Part shown: piece after piece, positions 39,307 to 49,861 of the stretch
Numbering within the stretch: position 1 is the first letter of the stretch
Layout: the number at the start of each line of letters is the position of its first letter
DNA from: Chlorobiota bacterium
Lineage (GTDB): Bacteria > Bacteroidota > Ignavibacteria > Kapaibacteriales > UBA2268
NCBI GenBank assembly: GCA_041596515.1
Contig: JBFHIJ010000006.1
Span: 11,845 to 75,844 of the forward strand
Direction: 5' to 3'
Length of the DNA: 64,000 nucleotides
Notes under the pieces: model-generated
Database searches by the model: none
What the model was told of the DNA's origin: nothing
The model's input: only the letters and a program-made list of their open reading frames with translations
Program-made: the position numbers and the translations under genes

Positions 39307-41513
39307 GTGCTGCTTGTTTCTGGAGTGTAAAATATCTTTTCGTCTGACTTGCAGCTACCTACTTTCAGATTATCTACAAACCAGGTCATTTCTTTTGCAT
39401 CCTGCGCAATTACGGCGGAAAGTTCTAATTTGAACTGCCCTTTTTCTGCAAGATATTCCTGATTTGCTATTGGTGAAGTAATCGAAGGATTATTTATTGT
39501 GGAAAAACGTGTGCATTTTGGATTATGCGGTAAGCGTTCTTTGTATTTAATATTTTGACTTTTGTAAAAATCAATCAATTCAGGCGGATAGCTTTCTGAC
39601 TGTATAGTTTTATAACCTTTCTCAGGCAGACAGTCCAAACAGTATTCATATTTACCGTCTTTAGAAACAAAAATATCACTGCTGTGAGTACACTCTTCAT
39701 TTGACGAAACAAAAGGAATATAGCCATCAGTCACTTTAGAGCAGTATTTTCCGGCTTTTTTACCTGTTACACTACAAACTTCCCTTTTCGGTATATCTAA
39801 TAACTGTAGCTTACCTGAGGGGTCTATTTTTTCTAATATCCTAAATATATCAAATAGTAGAGGAGTTGCTACTGATGCTCCTGTGAGAGTCGCAGCACCT
39901 TTGTTATCAAAGTTGCCAGCCCACACTGCTACTGTATATTTCTTAGCAAACCCTATACTCCAAGCATCTTTCCTTCCATAAGAGGTACCTGTTTTCCAGG
40001 CAATTTCCGGTAAATCTTTAGTATATTGATAAGACAGTGGATAATCGGGTCTTTCCAATTTGGTAAGCATTTTTGCTACCATCTCACTTGCAAGCGGATT
40101 GAAAATTGTATCTAATTTATTAGCAGTAGTATCTTTAAAATAGATTGGCTTAGAGTACACGCCTCGGTTTGCTATACATCTGTATAGACCGCAGAGTTCT
40201 TCCAGTGAAACACCGCAAGCACCAAGCACAGCCGAAAGTCCCATATCCTTCTTGTTTTTACTGATTTTTTCGAAGTGCATTTGTGTCAATTTTGAAGCAA
40301 AATCATCTTTGCTGAGTTGATTTAGCAGATATACCGCAGGGATATTAAGAGATTTTGCCAAGGCATCTTCAGCATTAACCCATCCGGAAAAAGTTTTATC
40401 AAAGTTATCAGGTGAATATAATCCAAAATCCATAGGTATATCTAATATTTTAGTCTTAGGAGTAATGATTCCTTCTTCTATCGCCATCATATAAACTACA
40501 GGCTTTAATGCACTTCCCGGTGAGCGTATAGCTTTTACTCCGTCTACTTGCCCGGCATGATCATAATCGAAGAAGTTGCTCGAACCGACATAAGTTAATA
40601 CTTCGCCTGTGCTATTATCCATAACTACAACTGCAGAATTATAAATATCACGATTTGCCAAGCCTTTGGTATATGTATAACATAACTTTTCGATAGGCGA
40701 CTGCATTTTTAAATTTATTGTTGTGTTTAGATTGTAGCTCTGTGAGTGCATATTTTTAATGTTTTCGCATAAGTGGAGTGCGTATTTAGGTCTGTCTCTA
40801 CGTTTAGACCTAAATTCTTCGTTCATCGCAGTTTTAATTCTATCTTTAGCAAATGTACCAGCAGAGCTATGATAATCAAGCCAGAATAGTTTCTCTTCGT
40901 TTATTGCGGTATTATTTTTACCTATTTTAAACTTATTCGGATTATTTGGAATAAAGGATAAACAGACTGCTTCTGCCAGAGATAAGTTCATGGGGGCCTT
41001 GCCAAGGAAAAACAAAGAGGCTGATTTGACACCCTCCACATTCCCGCCAAAGGGAATCCGATTCAGGTACATAGTCAGTATCTCATCTTTGGAATAATGC
41101 AGCTCCAACTGCATTGCACGAAAGACTTCAACAATCTTATTAATAAATGTACGGTTTTTGGGTTCTAAAAGGCGGGCAAGCTGCATGGTAATAGTAGATG
41201 CACCTGAAACGATATCACCGGAAGTAATATTTTGATAAGCCGCTCGGGCAATAGCCAAAGGATCAAATCCAAAATGATAATAGAAGCTCTCATCTTCTTT
41301 TGCAATAATAGCTTTTCGTAAATCAACTGAAATTTCATCCAAATTAGCTTCGAGCCGCCATTTGTCATGGGTGTTTAGGAATGTCGCCAGCACATACCCA
41401 TTAGTATCATAAACCGTAGTAGAATAATCCTTAGCAGGACGAAACGGAAACGCTAAGTCCAGGATAAAGAACAGAGCAAGCGCTGCTATTACTATTATGA
41501 TTGCTTTTTTCAT
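39237..41513 (-). CDS. pbpC: penicillin-binding protein 1C (transglycosylase/transpeptidase)
   Basis: GT51 motifs (EDESFYYHFG, ASTITMQLARLL), then a transpeptidase SxxK/SxN/KTG(T/S) set (PGSALKP, KTGTS) and a C-terminal PBP1C-specific domain. Start placed at MKKAIIIVIAALALFF. Confidence 0.8.
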   Translation of the reverse strand: MKKAIIIVIAALALFFILDLAFPFRPAKDYSTTVYDTNGYVLATFLNTHDKWRLEANLDEISVDLRKAIIAKEDESFYYHFGFDPLAIARAAYQNITSGDIVSGASTITMQLARLLEPKNRTFINKIVEVFRAMQLELHYSKDEILTMYLNRIPFGGNVEGVKSASLFFLGKAPMNLSLAEAVCLSFIPNNPNKFKIGKNNTAINEEKLFWLDYHSSAGTFAKDRIKTAMNEEFRSKRRDRPKYALHLCENIKNMHSQSYNLNTTINLKMQSPIEKLCYTYTKGLANRDIYNSAVVVMDNSTGEVLTYVGSSNFFDYDHAGQVDGVKAIRSPGSALKPVVYMMAIEEGIITPKTKILDIPMDFGLYSPDNFDKTFSGWVNAEDALAKSLNIPAVYLLNQLSKDDFASKLTQMHFEKISKNKKDMGLSAVLGACGVSLEELCGLYRCIANRGVYSKPIYFKDTTANKLDTIFNPLASEMVAKMLTKLERPDYPLSYQYTKDLPEIAWKTGTSYGRKDAWSIGFAKKYTVAVWAGNFDNKGAATLTGASVATPLLFDIFRILEKIDPSGKLQLLDIPKREVCSVTGKKAGKYCSKVTDGYIPFVSSNEECTHSSDIFVSKDGKYEYCLDCLPEKGYKTIQSESYPPELIDFYKSQNIKYKERLPHNPKCTRFSTINNPSITSPIANQEYLAEKGQFKLELSAVIAQDAKEMTWFVDNLKVGSCKSDEKIFYTPETSSTKKITCTDNLGRSASIWVKVTVF

Positions 41514-41631
41514 CTTGGTAAAATAGGAAATTAGTGCGGAATCAGGAAATATAATACGAGCTATTTGCATATAAAAAGTGCCCATATTCTAAAATACGAG
41601 CACTTCATTTAGCAAGGTATGTGGGATGTAA

Positions 41632-43587
41632 TTATTTTAAGCTATTAGAGTAAATAGCCCAAGTATCTAAAGTAGGCATGCCTTCTTCTGCCTGCATAAC
41701 TACAATATACTTAGTACCATCAGAGTTAAAGAAGCAATATTTTGCATCTGGTTTGAAAAACTTATACCCATTGTTCCCGTCTGGAATAGAGAACTTCGGT
41801 AGGTTAATTTCTTTTTCAAAATTCAGATAATTTGCATCAAATATTCTTAATTTCTCAGCTAATTTTGGAGAGTAATAATCATTTGTAGCAAATGCCGCAC
41901 AAATCTTATTAGATTCAGAGGAATGATCAACACAGTTTAGCGTGCCAGTTCCTTCTAAGACACCTGCATATTTAAAGTCATGTTCTTGAGATGTAGACAA
42001 CCTATATACATTTTTAGACTTTGTAAATACTCTTTCTCCATCTTCACTATACCAAAAATCTCCACCTGTGTTGACATTTTGACCGTAATTACTGCTATAA
42101 AGGAATTTTATCGAATCTGTACTAACATCATATTTATATAAATTTGATGACGACGAGCCTTGGTTAGTGAGAAGGTACTGACCAGTTGGATCTAATTTTA
42201 TCATTCCTTGCGAATAATAACTTCCACCATTTTGAGTTTTTTCTAATCCGGTAGAAAGGTCTAAACCAAATACTCCATCATTGTAGCTATTACTAGATGT
42301 AAAATATGCCCATTTTCTATCTGACATTACTATATCATAACAATCAACAGAAACAGTATAAAATCCCAATTCTGTTTTATTATTTAAATCCAAGTAACTG
42401 ACAGCTGCATTATGCCCTACCACTGCATATTTACCATTTGGAGATACCGATAAACATTTCGGTGTTTTATTAATTTGGATAGATTCCATTGTCTTATTTT
42501 CTGTGTTGCAGATAAGCAATTTATGCGGATCTGCAGTTAGAATTAGTAGTTTTTCTAATTTGTCATTATATTCTGCGTCAATTACTTCCCCTTCTATCAT
42601 CCATTTGGATTTATCTACATGGATAACTTTGACAGGTAAGTTAGATACAGTATAATTTTGAGAATTTTTTATTTCTAAATTGAAATTATTTACACCTGAT
42701 ACGAGCTTGCTAGTTATGGCATTTACATCGATTTTAACAGAATCACTTACCGAGATACTGCCTGAATTAGGACTACAATCCAATGCTTTAGATTCATTTC
42801 CTATAGAATAATTAAATTGTGTATTTCCGACATTTTTCAAGTAAAATGACTTTGTTGTTTCATTGATATTAAAATATAAAGTATCTAGTCCTGGCACTGC
42901 TTGCTCTATTTCCGGCACTTCTGCAGTAACTTTAATTTTAGTACTATCTTCATAATTATTATAGTACATAATTAACTCGCCTTCAAGTGTTCCTAAAGGT
43001 TGATTTGATCTGTCTATATAAACTGTAATATCTCGGCTATCTGAAGGGTATATACTTAAACCGTTTGAACTTAAAACAATCCATTCATTTCTCGAAAAAA
43101 TACTTCCGGATAATACACCTTTACCTTTATTTCTAATTGTCAAGCGTTGTTGCATTTGTTGCTCATTAAAGTGGATTGATTCCGGTTCGAACACTGGATC
43201 AGGATATTGATTTACATACACTTCTATTTGAGATGAGCATATTCCTGCTCCATCAGACATTATAGACAATATACCTGAAAGATGTCCTGTCTGAACTATT
43301 TCTGTATTTATTGTACCCTTAATTTCAATCATATTTTCTGATATTTTCCCTTCTTCTTGAGAAAGATTCAACCATTTTGGCTTAGATGTAACTTGCCAAG
43401 TATGAGAACTTTTAGGCTGAGTTGACAGATAAAAAGTAATAGTATCTCTGTCATTTGCTGCTATTTGTTGTGGAGCCATAATAATTTGCGATTCGACAAC
43501 AGGAGCTACAGAATTGTCATCGTCATCTCCACAAGCTGCGAAAAATAATATTCCAAATAATATAAAAAGCAAATAATAAAACTTCAT
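41632..43587 (-). CDS. secreted lipoprotein of unknown function, probably a beta-propeller/Ig-like multi-domain protein
   Basis: LFFAACGDDDDNS lipobox. 651 aa, beta-rich. Confidence 0.45.
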   Translation of the reverse strand: MKFYYLLFILFGILFFAACGDDDDNSVAPVVESQIIMAPQQIAANDRDTITFYLSTQPKSSHTWQVTSKPKWLNLSQEEGKISENMIEIKGTINTEIVQTGHLSGILSIMSDGAGICSSQIEVYVNQYPDPVFEPESIHFNEQQMQQRLTIRNKGKGVLSGSIFSRNEWIVLSSNGLSIYPSDSRDITVYIDRSNQPLGTLEGELIMYYNNYEDSTKIKVTAEVPEIEQAVPGLDTLYFNINETTKSFYLKNVGNTQFNYSIGNESKALDCSPNSGSISVSDSVKIDVNAITSKLVSGVNNFNLEIKNSQNYTVSNLPVKVIHVDKSKWMIEGEVIDAEYNDKLEKLLILTADPHKLLICNTENKTMESIQINKTPKCLSVSPNGKYAVVGHNAAVSYLDLNNKTELGFYTVSVDCYDIVMSDRKWAYFTSSNSYNDGVFGLDLSTGLEKTQNGGSYYSQGMIKLDPTGQYLLTNQGSSSSNLYKYDVSTDSIKFLYSSNYGQNVNTGGDFWYSEDGERVFTKSKNVYRLSTSQEHDFKYAGVLEGTGTLNCVDHSSESNKICAAFATNDYYSPKLAEKLRIFDANYLNFEKEINLPKFSIPDGNNGYKFFKPDAKYCFFNSDGTKYIVVMQAEEGMPTLDTWAIYSNSLK

Positions 43588-43716
43588 AAATCTAATCCTT
43601 AAAATGTATCAATAAGTAAAATCAAAGATAGAAAAAATGTATATTTATTGCAATCAATAAATAACAATAATATACGATAATGCAGAATTATTATCAGAAT
43701 TATTAATAATTATCGA

Positions 43717-44466
43717 CTAAACCAAACCCAATAACCTAACCGCCATAATAAGAATAGCTACAATCATTACTATTTTGATGACTTTTTCGCCTTTTTTAAC
43801 TGCTAATTTAGCTGAGATCCAGGCGCCTGTGGATGTTCCGGCAGCTATTGCAAGACCAAGAACCCAGTTTACATTTCCGGTGAGGGCAAAGATAAGTAGG
43901 GAGGGGATTGTAAAGAAGAAGACTATAAATACTTTGTGCATATTTACATAATCTAATGTGAGTCGAAGTAAGTAGTACAAAGATGCCATCAGTAAAAAGC
44001 CAACTCCTACCTGCATAAAGCCGCCATAAAAACCTATTAGAAACATTGCTATATATACTTTCCAGCTTCTGTTGCCTTCCGGGCTTGCAATTAGCTCTAC
44101 TTTTTTACGGGGCAGGAGCATAGAGATAACAACTCCAATCATCACTATGCCGAGTATTATCTTAAATGCTTCATTGCTGAGATTGATGGCAAATAAAGCA
44201 CCTGTAATTGCACCAGGCAAAGTAGCTAAAGCCATTTTTAGGCTTATTTTGAAGTTAGAATAGTTCTCTTTTTTAAAAGAGAGTATCGCTGATAAATTTT
44301 GTAAAAGTATACCGACTCGATTTGTTCCGTTTGCCATAGGAGCATCCATACCCATGAATATCAATGCGGGCAAAAGCAAAGTCGAACCACCACCTGCCAT
44401 AACATTGATAAAGCCGGCTATAAGTCCTAAGCCAAATAACATTAGAATATTTTCGGGCGTTATCAC
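43717..44466 (-). CDS. TauE/SafE (TSUP) family membrane exporter
   Basis: GLIAGFINVMAGGGSTLLLPALIFMG plus an internal repeat of the same motif. Confidence 0.75.
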   Translation of the reverse strand: MITPENILMLFGLGLIAGFINVMAGGGSTLLLPALIFMGMDAPMANGTNRVGILLQNLSAILSFKKENYSNFKISLKMALATLPGAITGALFAINLSNEAFKIILGIVMIGVVISMLLPRKKVELIASPEGNRSWKVYIAMFLIGFYGGFMQVGVGFLLMASLYYLLRLTLDYVNMHKVFIVFFFTIPSLLIFALTGNVNWVLGLAIAAGTSTGAWISAKLAVKKGEKVIKIVMIVAILIMAVRLLGLV

Positions 44467-45833
44467 TTCGTCTCCTGTGCCTCAATTTTTATAGCACTAA
44501 ATACTTGACCGGATCTCAATTTAATAGAGAGATTTTGCACTGTACCGTCTTCCTTAAATTCAAATTCAAGAGGAGATTCCATATCCTCAATAATAAATTT
44601 TGTATCTGATAATGGAATCAGTCTATATATGCCCCAGCTCGCACTTTCCAAAGTCAGATAGTCCAATTCGCGGTTTATCGAAATAGTTTCCCATGGTAAG
44701 CTGTAATTGCCGATATACTTCTTAAAATTATCTTCTGGTATTTCAATTTTTTCTATCTTTTTGGGGTTTTCCGGCAAAAAAGCGATAGGTGCGTCTGGGT
44801 TAGGATCTTTTTCAATAGCATCAACAGCCTGGAGACACATCTTTTCAAAATCTACATAAGTAATAGATTTACCGGCGTAAGTATCCATTCTGTTAACAAT
44901 TACTATATTTGCTTTTGGGATAACTGCTAAGTAATGCCCACCTGCTCCAACAGCTATAATTGCTTCCTGCTTCGCCAGTTCACCCTTGGGTAGCCACCAC
45001 ATAAGACCACACCCTGAAAATACTTGACTAAAAGTGCCAAGTTCAGTGCTTCGTGGGTATGTAGATACATCATACCATTCTTCTGAAAATAATCGCTGAT
45101 TGCCCCATTTCCCTTTATTTATATATAAAACACCTAATCTCGCCAAATCTCTGGCTGACATCTTAATTGGAAAAGCAGGAAAGTAGGAGTGTTTCGCTTC
45201 CCAGTGATGATAGCCATCTATAAAACGGAAGTCCTGCATCCCTAAATTTCTTGCTATCTTAACCATGAGTAGTTCGAAGAAGTCCTGCTTAAAACCACTT
45301 TCCAAGATTTGCCCTAAAACATTAGAGTCCCAGTTATTTAAATAGAAGTAAGAACCGGGAGCAAGTGTGTCTCTCGTTGGTTTAGAAGCTCTTGAACGAG
45401 GAGATTCGTAAGCTGCATCATGAAAAACACAGGAACGCATTGCAAGCAAATCAATTATCTTGGCACTTTTCTCATTATCAGAGAGCTTATCCATGTCATC
45501 TAATCCCATTTGCGCGATAGTCAGATTAGTATCTATCTGATTTTGTGATACATAAGAACCATAAAGAGCATGTATAAGATTATTACGCAAAGAGTGTAGC
45601 ATATATCTACGATAAATATCACCCCAAGAAGCTGCAACACGGCCATTTCGAATAACCATAAAGGCATCACTATTCAAAGTGTCAAAACTTGTTTTCAGGA
45701 TTTCCATTTTTTTCGGATTTAACCCTGCATCTTCGTAGCTTTTATAAATTTGCCACTCGCCTGCTTTCAAAGAGGTAGATGCCAGCACTATTACTATTAA
45801 CCATATATATTTTATCTTCAATGTAAACTCCAC
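44463..45833 (-). CDS. secreted protein, possibly a beta-lactamase-related serine hydrolase family member
   Basis: Signal peptide. YxN (YFYLNN) and G-x-G-G (GAGGHY) elements are present, but no clear SxxK. Overlaps the TauE gene by 4 nt. Confidence 0.35.
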   Translation of the reverse strand: MEFTLKIKYIWLIVIVLASTSLKAGEWQIYKSYEDAGLNPKKMEILKTSFDTLNSDAFMVIRNGRVAASWGDIYRRYMLHSLRNNLIHALYGSYVSQNQIDTNLTIAQMGLDDMDKLSDNEKSAKIIDLLAMRSCVFHDAAYESPRSRASKPTRDTLAPGSYFYLNNWDSNVLGQILESGFKQDFFELLMVKIARNLGMQDFRFIDGYHHWEAKHSYFPAFPIKMSARDLARLGVLYINKGKWGNQRLFSEEWYDVSTYPRSTELGTFSQVFSGCGLMWWLPKGELAKQEAIIAVGAGGHYLAVIPKANIVIVNRMDTYAGKSITYVDFEKMCLQAVDAIEKDPNPDAPIAFLPENPKKIEKIEIPEDNFKKYIGNYSLPWETISINRELDYLTLESASWGIYRLIPLSDTKFIIEDMESPLEFEFKEDGTVQNLSIKLRSGQVFSAIKIEAQETK

Positions 45834-46087
45834 ATAGACAAAAATATAAATATATCAATTTCAATACCATTTTCTGCAAAGTAATATTCTTATTTGACGT
45901 GAGCAATGTATATGGATTACAAATTTTACAATGTTTTGCCTACATATTTTATTTAATCGACAATATTGTCGATATAAACTATAGAGTAAAACTTGGTAAT
46001 TGCCATAAATAAGGGATTTTAACTTATGGCATGATACTTGTAAATATAGAAACAGAAACTTCTATAATTTATATTTTGGAGATAAAG

Positions 46088-46375
46088 ATGAAGAAATTTT
46101 TTGCGACGCTTATGTTGGGTGCCTTTTTATTTGGTGCTAACTCAATGGTAATGACTGCTCAAGACAATATGAAACCTGTAGATAAAAAAGAAATTATATC
46201 TGCTGATAAAAAAGTTGCCAAAAAAGCAGCTTGCTGCGATAATACTAAGAAAAAAGACGGCACTTGCACTGATAAAAAAGTAGATAAAAAAAGCTGCTGC
46301 CCAGATGCAAAATCTAGTTGCGAAGGGACTGCACCAAAAGGTCACAAACACACTGGTTGCAGTGGCAAAAAATAA
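46088..46375 (+). CDS. small secreted Cys/Lys-rich protein (possible metal-binding)
   Basis: Start at MKKFFATLMLGAFLFGANSMV (signal peptide). The mature part contains CC, CxD, CC, C and HKHTGC, with 9 Cys in total. Confidence 0.45.
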   Translation: MKKFFATLMLGAFLFGANSMVMTAQDNMKPVDKKEIISADKKVAKKAACCDNTKKKDGTCTDKKVDKKSCCPDAKSSCEGTAPKGHKHTGCSGKK

Positions 46376-46405
46376 GCATTAGAAAAAGATAGACCCAATA
46401 AAAAT

Positions 46406-46450
46406 AAAGCCCTGTACTTACATTATAAGTGCCGGGCTTTGTTTATTTTA
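46406..46450. terminator. bidirectional terminator between convergent genes
   Basis: Stem AAAGCCC/GGGCTTT with T-runs on both sides. Confidence 0.55.
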
Positions 46451-46469
46451 TGAGGCCTATCGATTCCAT

Positions 46470-46922
46470 TTACTTCGGATACTTACCAAACAGTTTGTTA
46501 ATGCTTTTGTGGAAATTATGTATACCTTTTACAGGCTCTAAATACATTAAAAGACATTGCTTGCAGATAATATTTGAGTCTGACTGCTTAGCTTTTGTGA
46601 TGATATAGTCTGTCTCAGAAGTTTGTTGCACCCAAATATTTTGAAAACCACTAGCTAATGCTTCCTTAAAAATTCCATCCGAGTGCTCTTTACCTGTCAC
46701 TATTACTATACTTTTGGTATTGAGAGGCAGAGCGTCCAGAGAAGTATAACATTTTTCATTGTCAAACTTCTCCATATTAGGATTGACCGGGATTACATTT
46801 TTTCCAAGCTTTTTGAGTTCTTTATATATTATATTGCCAAACTTTTTCTCGTTTCTTGAGACTCCTGCAACGGCTATATAATCGGACTCAAAAAAACTAT
46901 CAATTTGAGATTTGCTTACCAT
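46470..46922 (-). CDS. CoA-binding domain protein (YccU-like)
   Basis: IAVAGVSRNEKKFGNIIYKEL is the Rossmann-like CoA-binding signature. Confidence 0.65.
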   Translation of the reverse strand: MVSKSQIDSFFESDYIAVAGVSRNEKKFGNIIYKELKKLGKNVIPVNPNMEKFDNEKCYTSLDALPLNTKSIVIVTGKEHSDGIFKEALASGFQNIWVQQTSETDYIITKAKQSDSNIICKQCLLMYLEPVKGIHNFHKSINKLFGKYPK

Positions 46923-46934
46923 GCTAAACTCCTG

Positions 46935-47681
46935 TTAGAATCTAAAAGTAACACCCATACGAATAGCAAGTAAATCAGTTTTTGAAGTTGCTTCTTCGTA
47001 GGATACAGCACCATCGCTTACTTGTTTTGATTTAGGAACTATGTACTGAGCTGTGCCTCCTAATAAATAGTTTGCATTCAAATCTATCAGTAATTCCCAG
47101 TATCTGGAATTGTTTTCTAATTGACCTCTATAGACATTAAATGCGATACCACCACCGACACCATAGTTATAAGTCCAATCCGATTTGTCGTCAGATGATG
47201 CGATATTGTTATCTTCATTGTTACTATTTATGTCTTCAACTGTAGTTGTAGTAGAAAGATTATTGAAACCTGCCAACATTTCTACATAAGGACGAATCGG
47301 CCCCCAGTCAGGCATCAGTTTAATACCAAAATCCATATTATACATTTGATAATCAGTCGTTACATCAACTCGCAAATCAGGTATGGTAGTACTCCAAGGT
47401 CTTTCATCAGTTTCAGAAGCAAAGCTCATAAAACCAAACTTGCCTCCAATATAAATCGGAGTGTTCTCTACATTAAAAAACAAATCAGCACCTATACCAA
47501 ATCCTGTCTTGTTATTATTATCTTCAAATTCGCCTTGCGGCATTCCGGCAAGGAAACTAATATTGAAAGCAACAGGGTAGTATTGATCTTGAGAAGCTGC
47601 GTCATTGTTTACCTGTTTTTGAGCGAGCATGTTAATTGTACCAATAATTAACAGTACTACTAAGATAAGAAGATTTTTCAT
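46935..47681 (-). CDS. outer-membrane beta-barrel (porin/OmpA-like barrel) protein
   Basis: Signal peptide, alternating amphipathic strands, and a C-terminal ...VTFRF. Confidence 0.6.
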   Translation of the reverse strand: MKNLLILVVLLIIGTINMLAQKQVNNDAASQDQYYPVAFNISFLAGMPQGEFEDNNNKTGFGIGADLFFNVENTPIYIGGKFGFMSFASETDERPWSTTIPDLRVDVTTDYQMYNMDFGIKLMPDWGPIRPYVEMLAGFNNLSTTTTVEDINSNNEDNNIASSDDKSDWTYNYGVGGGIAFNVYRGQLENNSRYWELLIDLNANYLLGGTAQYIVPKSKQVSDGAVSYEEATSKTDLLAIRMGVTFRF

Positions 47682-48073
47682 TTTTGACCCTTTGATTATA
47701 AAAACAGTGCTAATACGTTGGATTAAGTTAAGAGTTGCATAAATTATCGAATAGTGTTCGGTAATATTTTGAATTTACCAAAAATAAAGCATTTAGCAAA
47801 TACATGAATATGCAAAAAAGAAACTATATTTACAGTAGTCGAATTTTTAAAATTAGACTGCCCAAAGATTTGATTTCAATGCCACATAATAATTTTCAAT
47901 AGTATTTATATGTATCTGGTTTGAGTATCAGAAAAGATTAGAATATAATAATATGATTTGTTAAATTACTAACGCATAAAAAAATGGGACTGTCTTCTGA
48001 ATTGAGCAAGGATGTTATAGGAAGTAAACCATAAATCTTTTCAAAAGCAGTCCCAAAAGATAATATCAAAGTG

Positions 48074-48766
48074 TTAGAAATTTACACCTTTAAAGTCTTC
48101 AATAAATGCTAACCCATTTTTAGCTTTTACATCATCCGGGTCCAACTCCAAAGCTTTTTTGTATGATACCCTAGCATCATAATTTTTACCTAAGTTCATA
48201 TAGGCATCACCCAATAATGCAAAAGCAGAAGGGCTATCAGGATTTTTTAGTATCATTTTTTCCAAACTTTTAGCAGCTTCTTCGTAGAATCCTAAACGTA
48301 AGTCTGTAACACCTAAATGGAAAAATGCTATTGTAAATTCAGGGGCTTTTTCTACAACTGATTTGTAATATGTTCTTGCTTTATGTAAATCACCGCAGTG
48401 GTAATTCATAATACCAAGCCAATAATCAGCCATTAGAAATTCAGAATCCATCTCTAAGACTAACTCTAATTCTGAGATAGCTACTTTGATTTTGCCCATT
48501 CTATAGTATGCCAATGCCAGATCGTATCTGGCAGTAGGGAATTCCGGTAGTTTTTCGATCGCTTGCTTTAGAAACTGAACACTCTGATCTAACAGACCTA
48601 ATCTATAGTATACATTACCAATATGCTTGTAGACTATTCCCAAATCAGGATTATCTTTTAGGGCTTCTTTATAGAATTCTATTGCTTTAAGGTATTCTCC
48701 ATTAGTTTCTGCCTGATATGCCGAAAGCACGTGTTTATTGTCCGAGTCGAAATTTGAGTAAGTCAT
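48074..48766 (-). CDS. TPR-repeat protein
   Basis: Six or more 34-aa TPR-like units (AxxYxxAL...P pattern). Confidence 0.7.
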   Translation of the reverse strand: MTYSNFDSDNKHVLSAYQAETNGEYLKAIEFYKEALKDNPDLGIVYKHIGNVYYRLGLLDQSVQFLKQAIEKLPEFPTARYDLALAYYRMGKIKVAISELELVLEMDSEFLMADYWLGIMNYHCGDLHKARTYYKSVVEKAPEFTIAFFHLGVTDLRLGFYEEAAKSLEKMILKNPDSPSAFALLGDAYMNLGKNYDARVSYKKALELDPDDVKAKNGLAFIEDFKGVNF

Positions 48767-48837
48767 TCTATTGTCTCCTAAATGAACTGTTTATATTATT
48801 AAAATAAACGCTTATATAAATTTAAAATTTTATTTTA

Positions 48838-49737
48838 TTATTTCAGATTTGCTTTAAATGAGAAATCTACCGGATAAGGTGTAGCTCCAGAATAATCATA
48901 AAACCCTCTACCTGATTTTCTTCCGTAATGCCCTGCGTTCACTAATTTTCTAAGCAAAGGAGCAGGTCTATACTTGCTATCTCCTAAATCATTATGCAAA
49001 ACTTCCATAATAGATAAAGTCGTATCTAAACCAATCAAATCAGCTAATAGCAAAGGTCCCATTGGGTGAGCAAAACCAAGCTTCGCTACTTCGTCAATGC
49101 CATCAACAGTCCCTACATTTTCCATAAGAGAAAATACTGCTTCATTAATAAATGGCATTAATATTCTATTCGCAATAAAACCGGGGTAATCATTTGCAGT
49201 AACCGGGACTTTATGCATAGTTATAGTAGTGTCTACTACAGCTCTGTATACTTTATCATCTGTAGAAATTCCTCTTATTATTTCTACAAGTTTCATCATG
49301 GGTACTGGATTCATGAAGTGCATACCAATTACCTTGTCAGGTCTTTTAGTCTGTGCGGCTATCTCAGTGATGGATATGGTAGAAGTATTACTTGCCAAAA
49401 TCGCTTCAGGCTTCGCTAACTTATCCAATTTTCGAAAAAGCTCAAATTTGATTTCTTTATTTTCAGTAGCGGCTTCAATTACTAAGTCAGCATCTTTTCC
49501 ATCATTTAAATCAGTAGAAATTTGGATTCTATGCAAGATGGCAGATAAATCATCTGTTGTGATTATTCCTTTTTTTAGTTGTCTGTTTAAGTTCTTTTCG
49601 ATTACAACAAGTGCTTTCTTTAAAGCGTCTTCAGCAATGTCGAACATTATAACATCAAAGCCGTATTGGGCAAATGTATGAGCGATTCCGTTTCCCATTG
49701 TGCCGGCACCAACTACCATTACTTTATTTAGTGTCAT
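48838..49737 (-). CDS. hbd: 3-hydroxybutyryl-CoA dehydrogenase
   Basis: [16 protein letters not shown]-binding motif and 3HCDH N- and C-domains. Confidence 0.8.
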   Translation of the reverse strand: MTLNKVMVVGAGTMGNGIAHTFAQYGFDVIMFDIAEDALKKALVVIEKNLNRQLKKGIITTDDLSAILHRIQISTDLNDGKDADLVIEAATENKEIKFELFRKLDKLAKPEAILASNTSTISITEIAAQTKRPDKVIGMHFMNPVPMMKLVEIIRGISTDDKVYRAVVDTTITMHKVPVTANDYPGFIANRILMPFINEAVFSLMENVGTVDGIDEVAKLGFAHPMGPLLLADLIGLDTTLSIMEVLHNDLGDSKYRPAPLLRKLVNAGHYGRKSGRGFYDYSGATPYPVDFSFKANLK

Positions 49738-49861
49738 CTTTTAAACTCCTGTATCTGTATTTTTAGAATAAAAATTGCTAATTTGTATTTTGGGAATTGA
49801 ATAATCCACTCAAAATTATTATTATGTCGAATTAATAATATATTTATTTAATATATGAGGA

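Noticed and set aside
41165-41368. 67-aa ORF inside pbpC
   Set aside because: Embedded same-strand alternate-frame ORF within a well-supported pbpC coding region.
44273-44485. 70-aa ORF spanning the TauE / hydrolase junction
   Set aside because: Alternate-frame overlap of two confident genes.
49213-49681. + strand ORFs (68 and 150 aa) antisense to hbd
   Set aside because: Antisense artefacts within the 3-hydroxybutyryl-CoA dehydrogenase gene.
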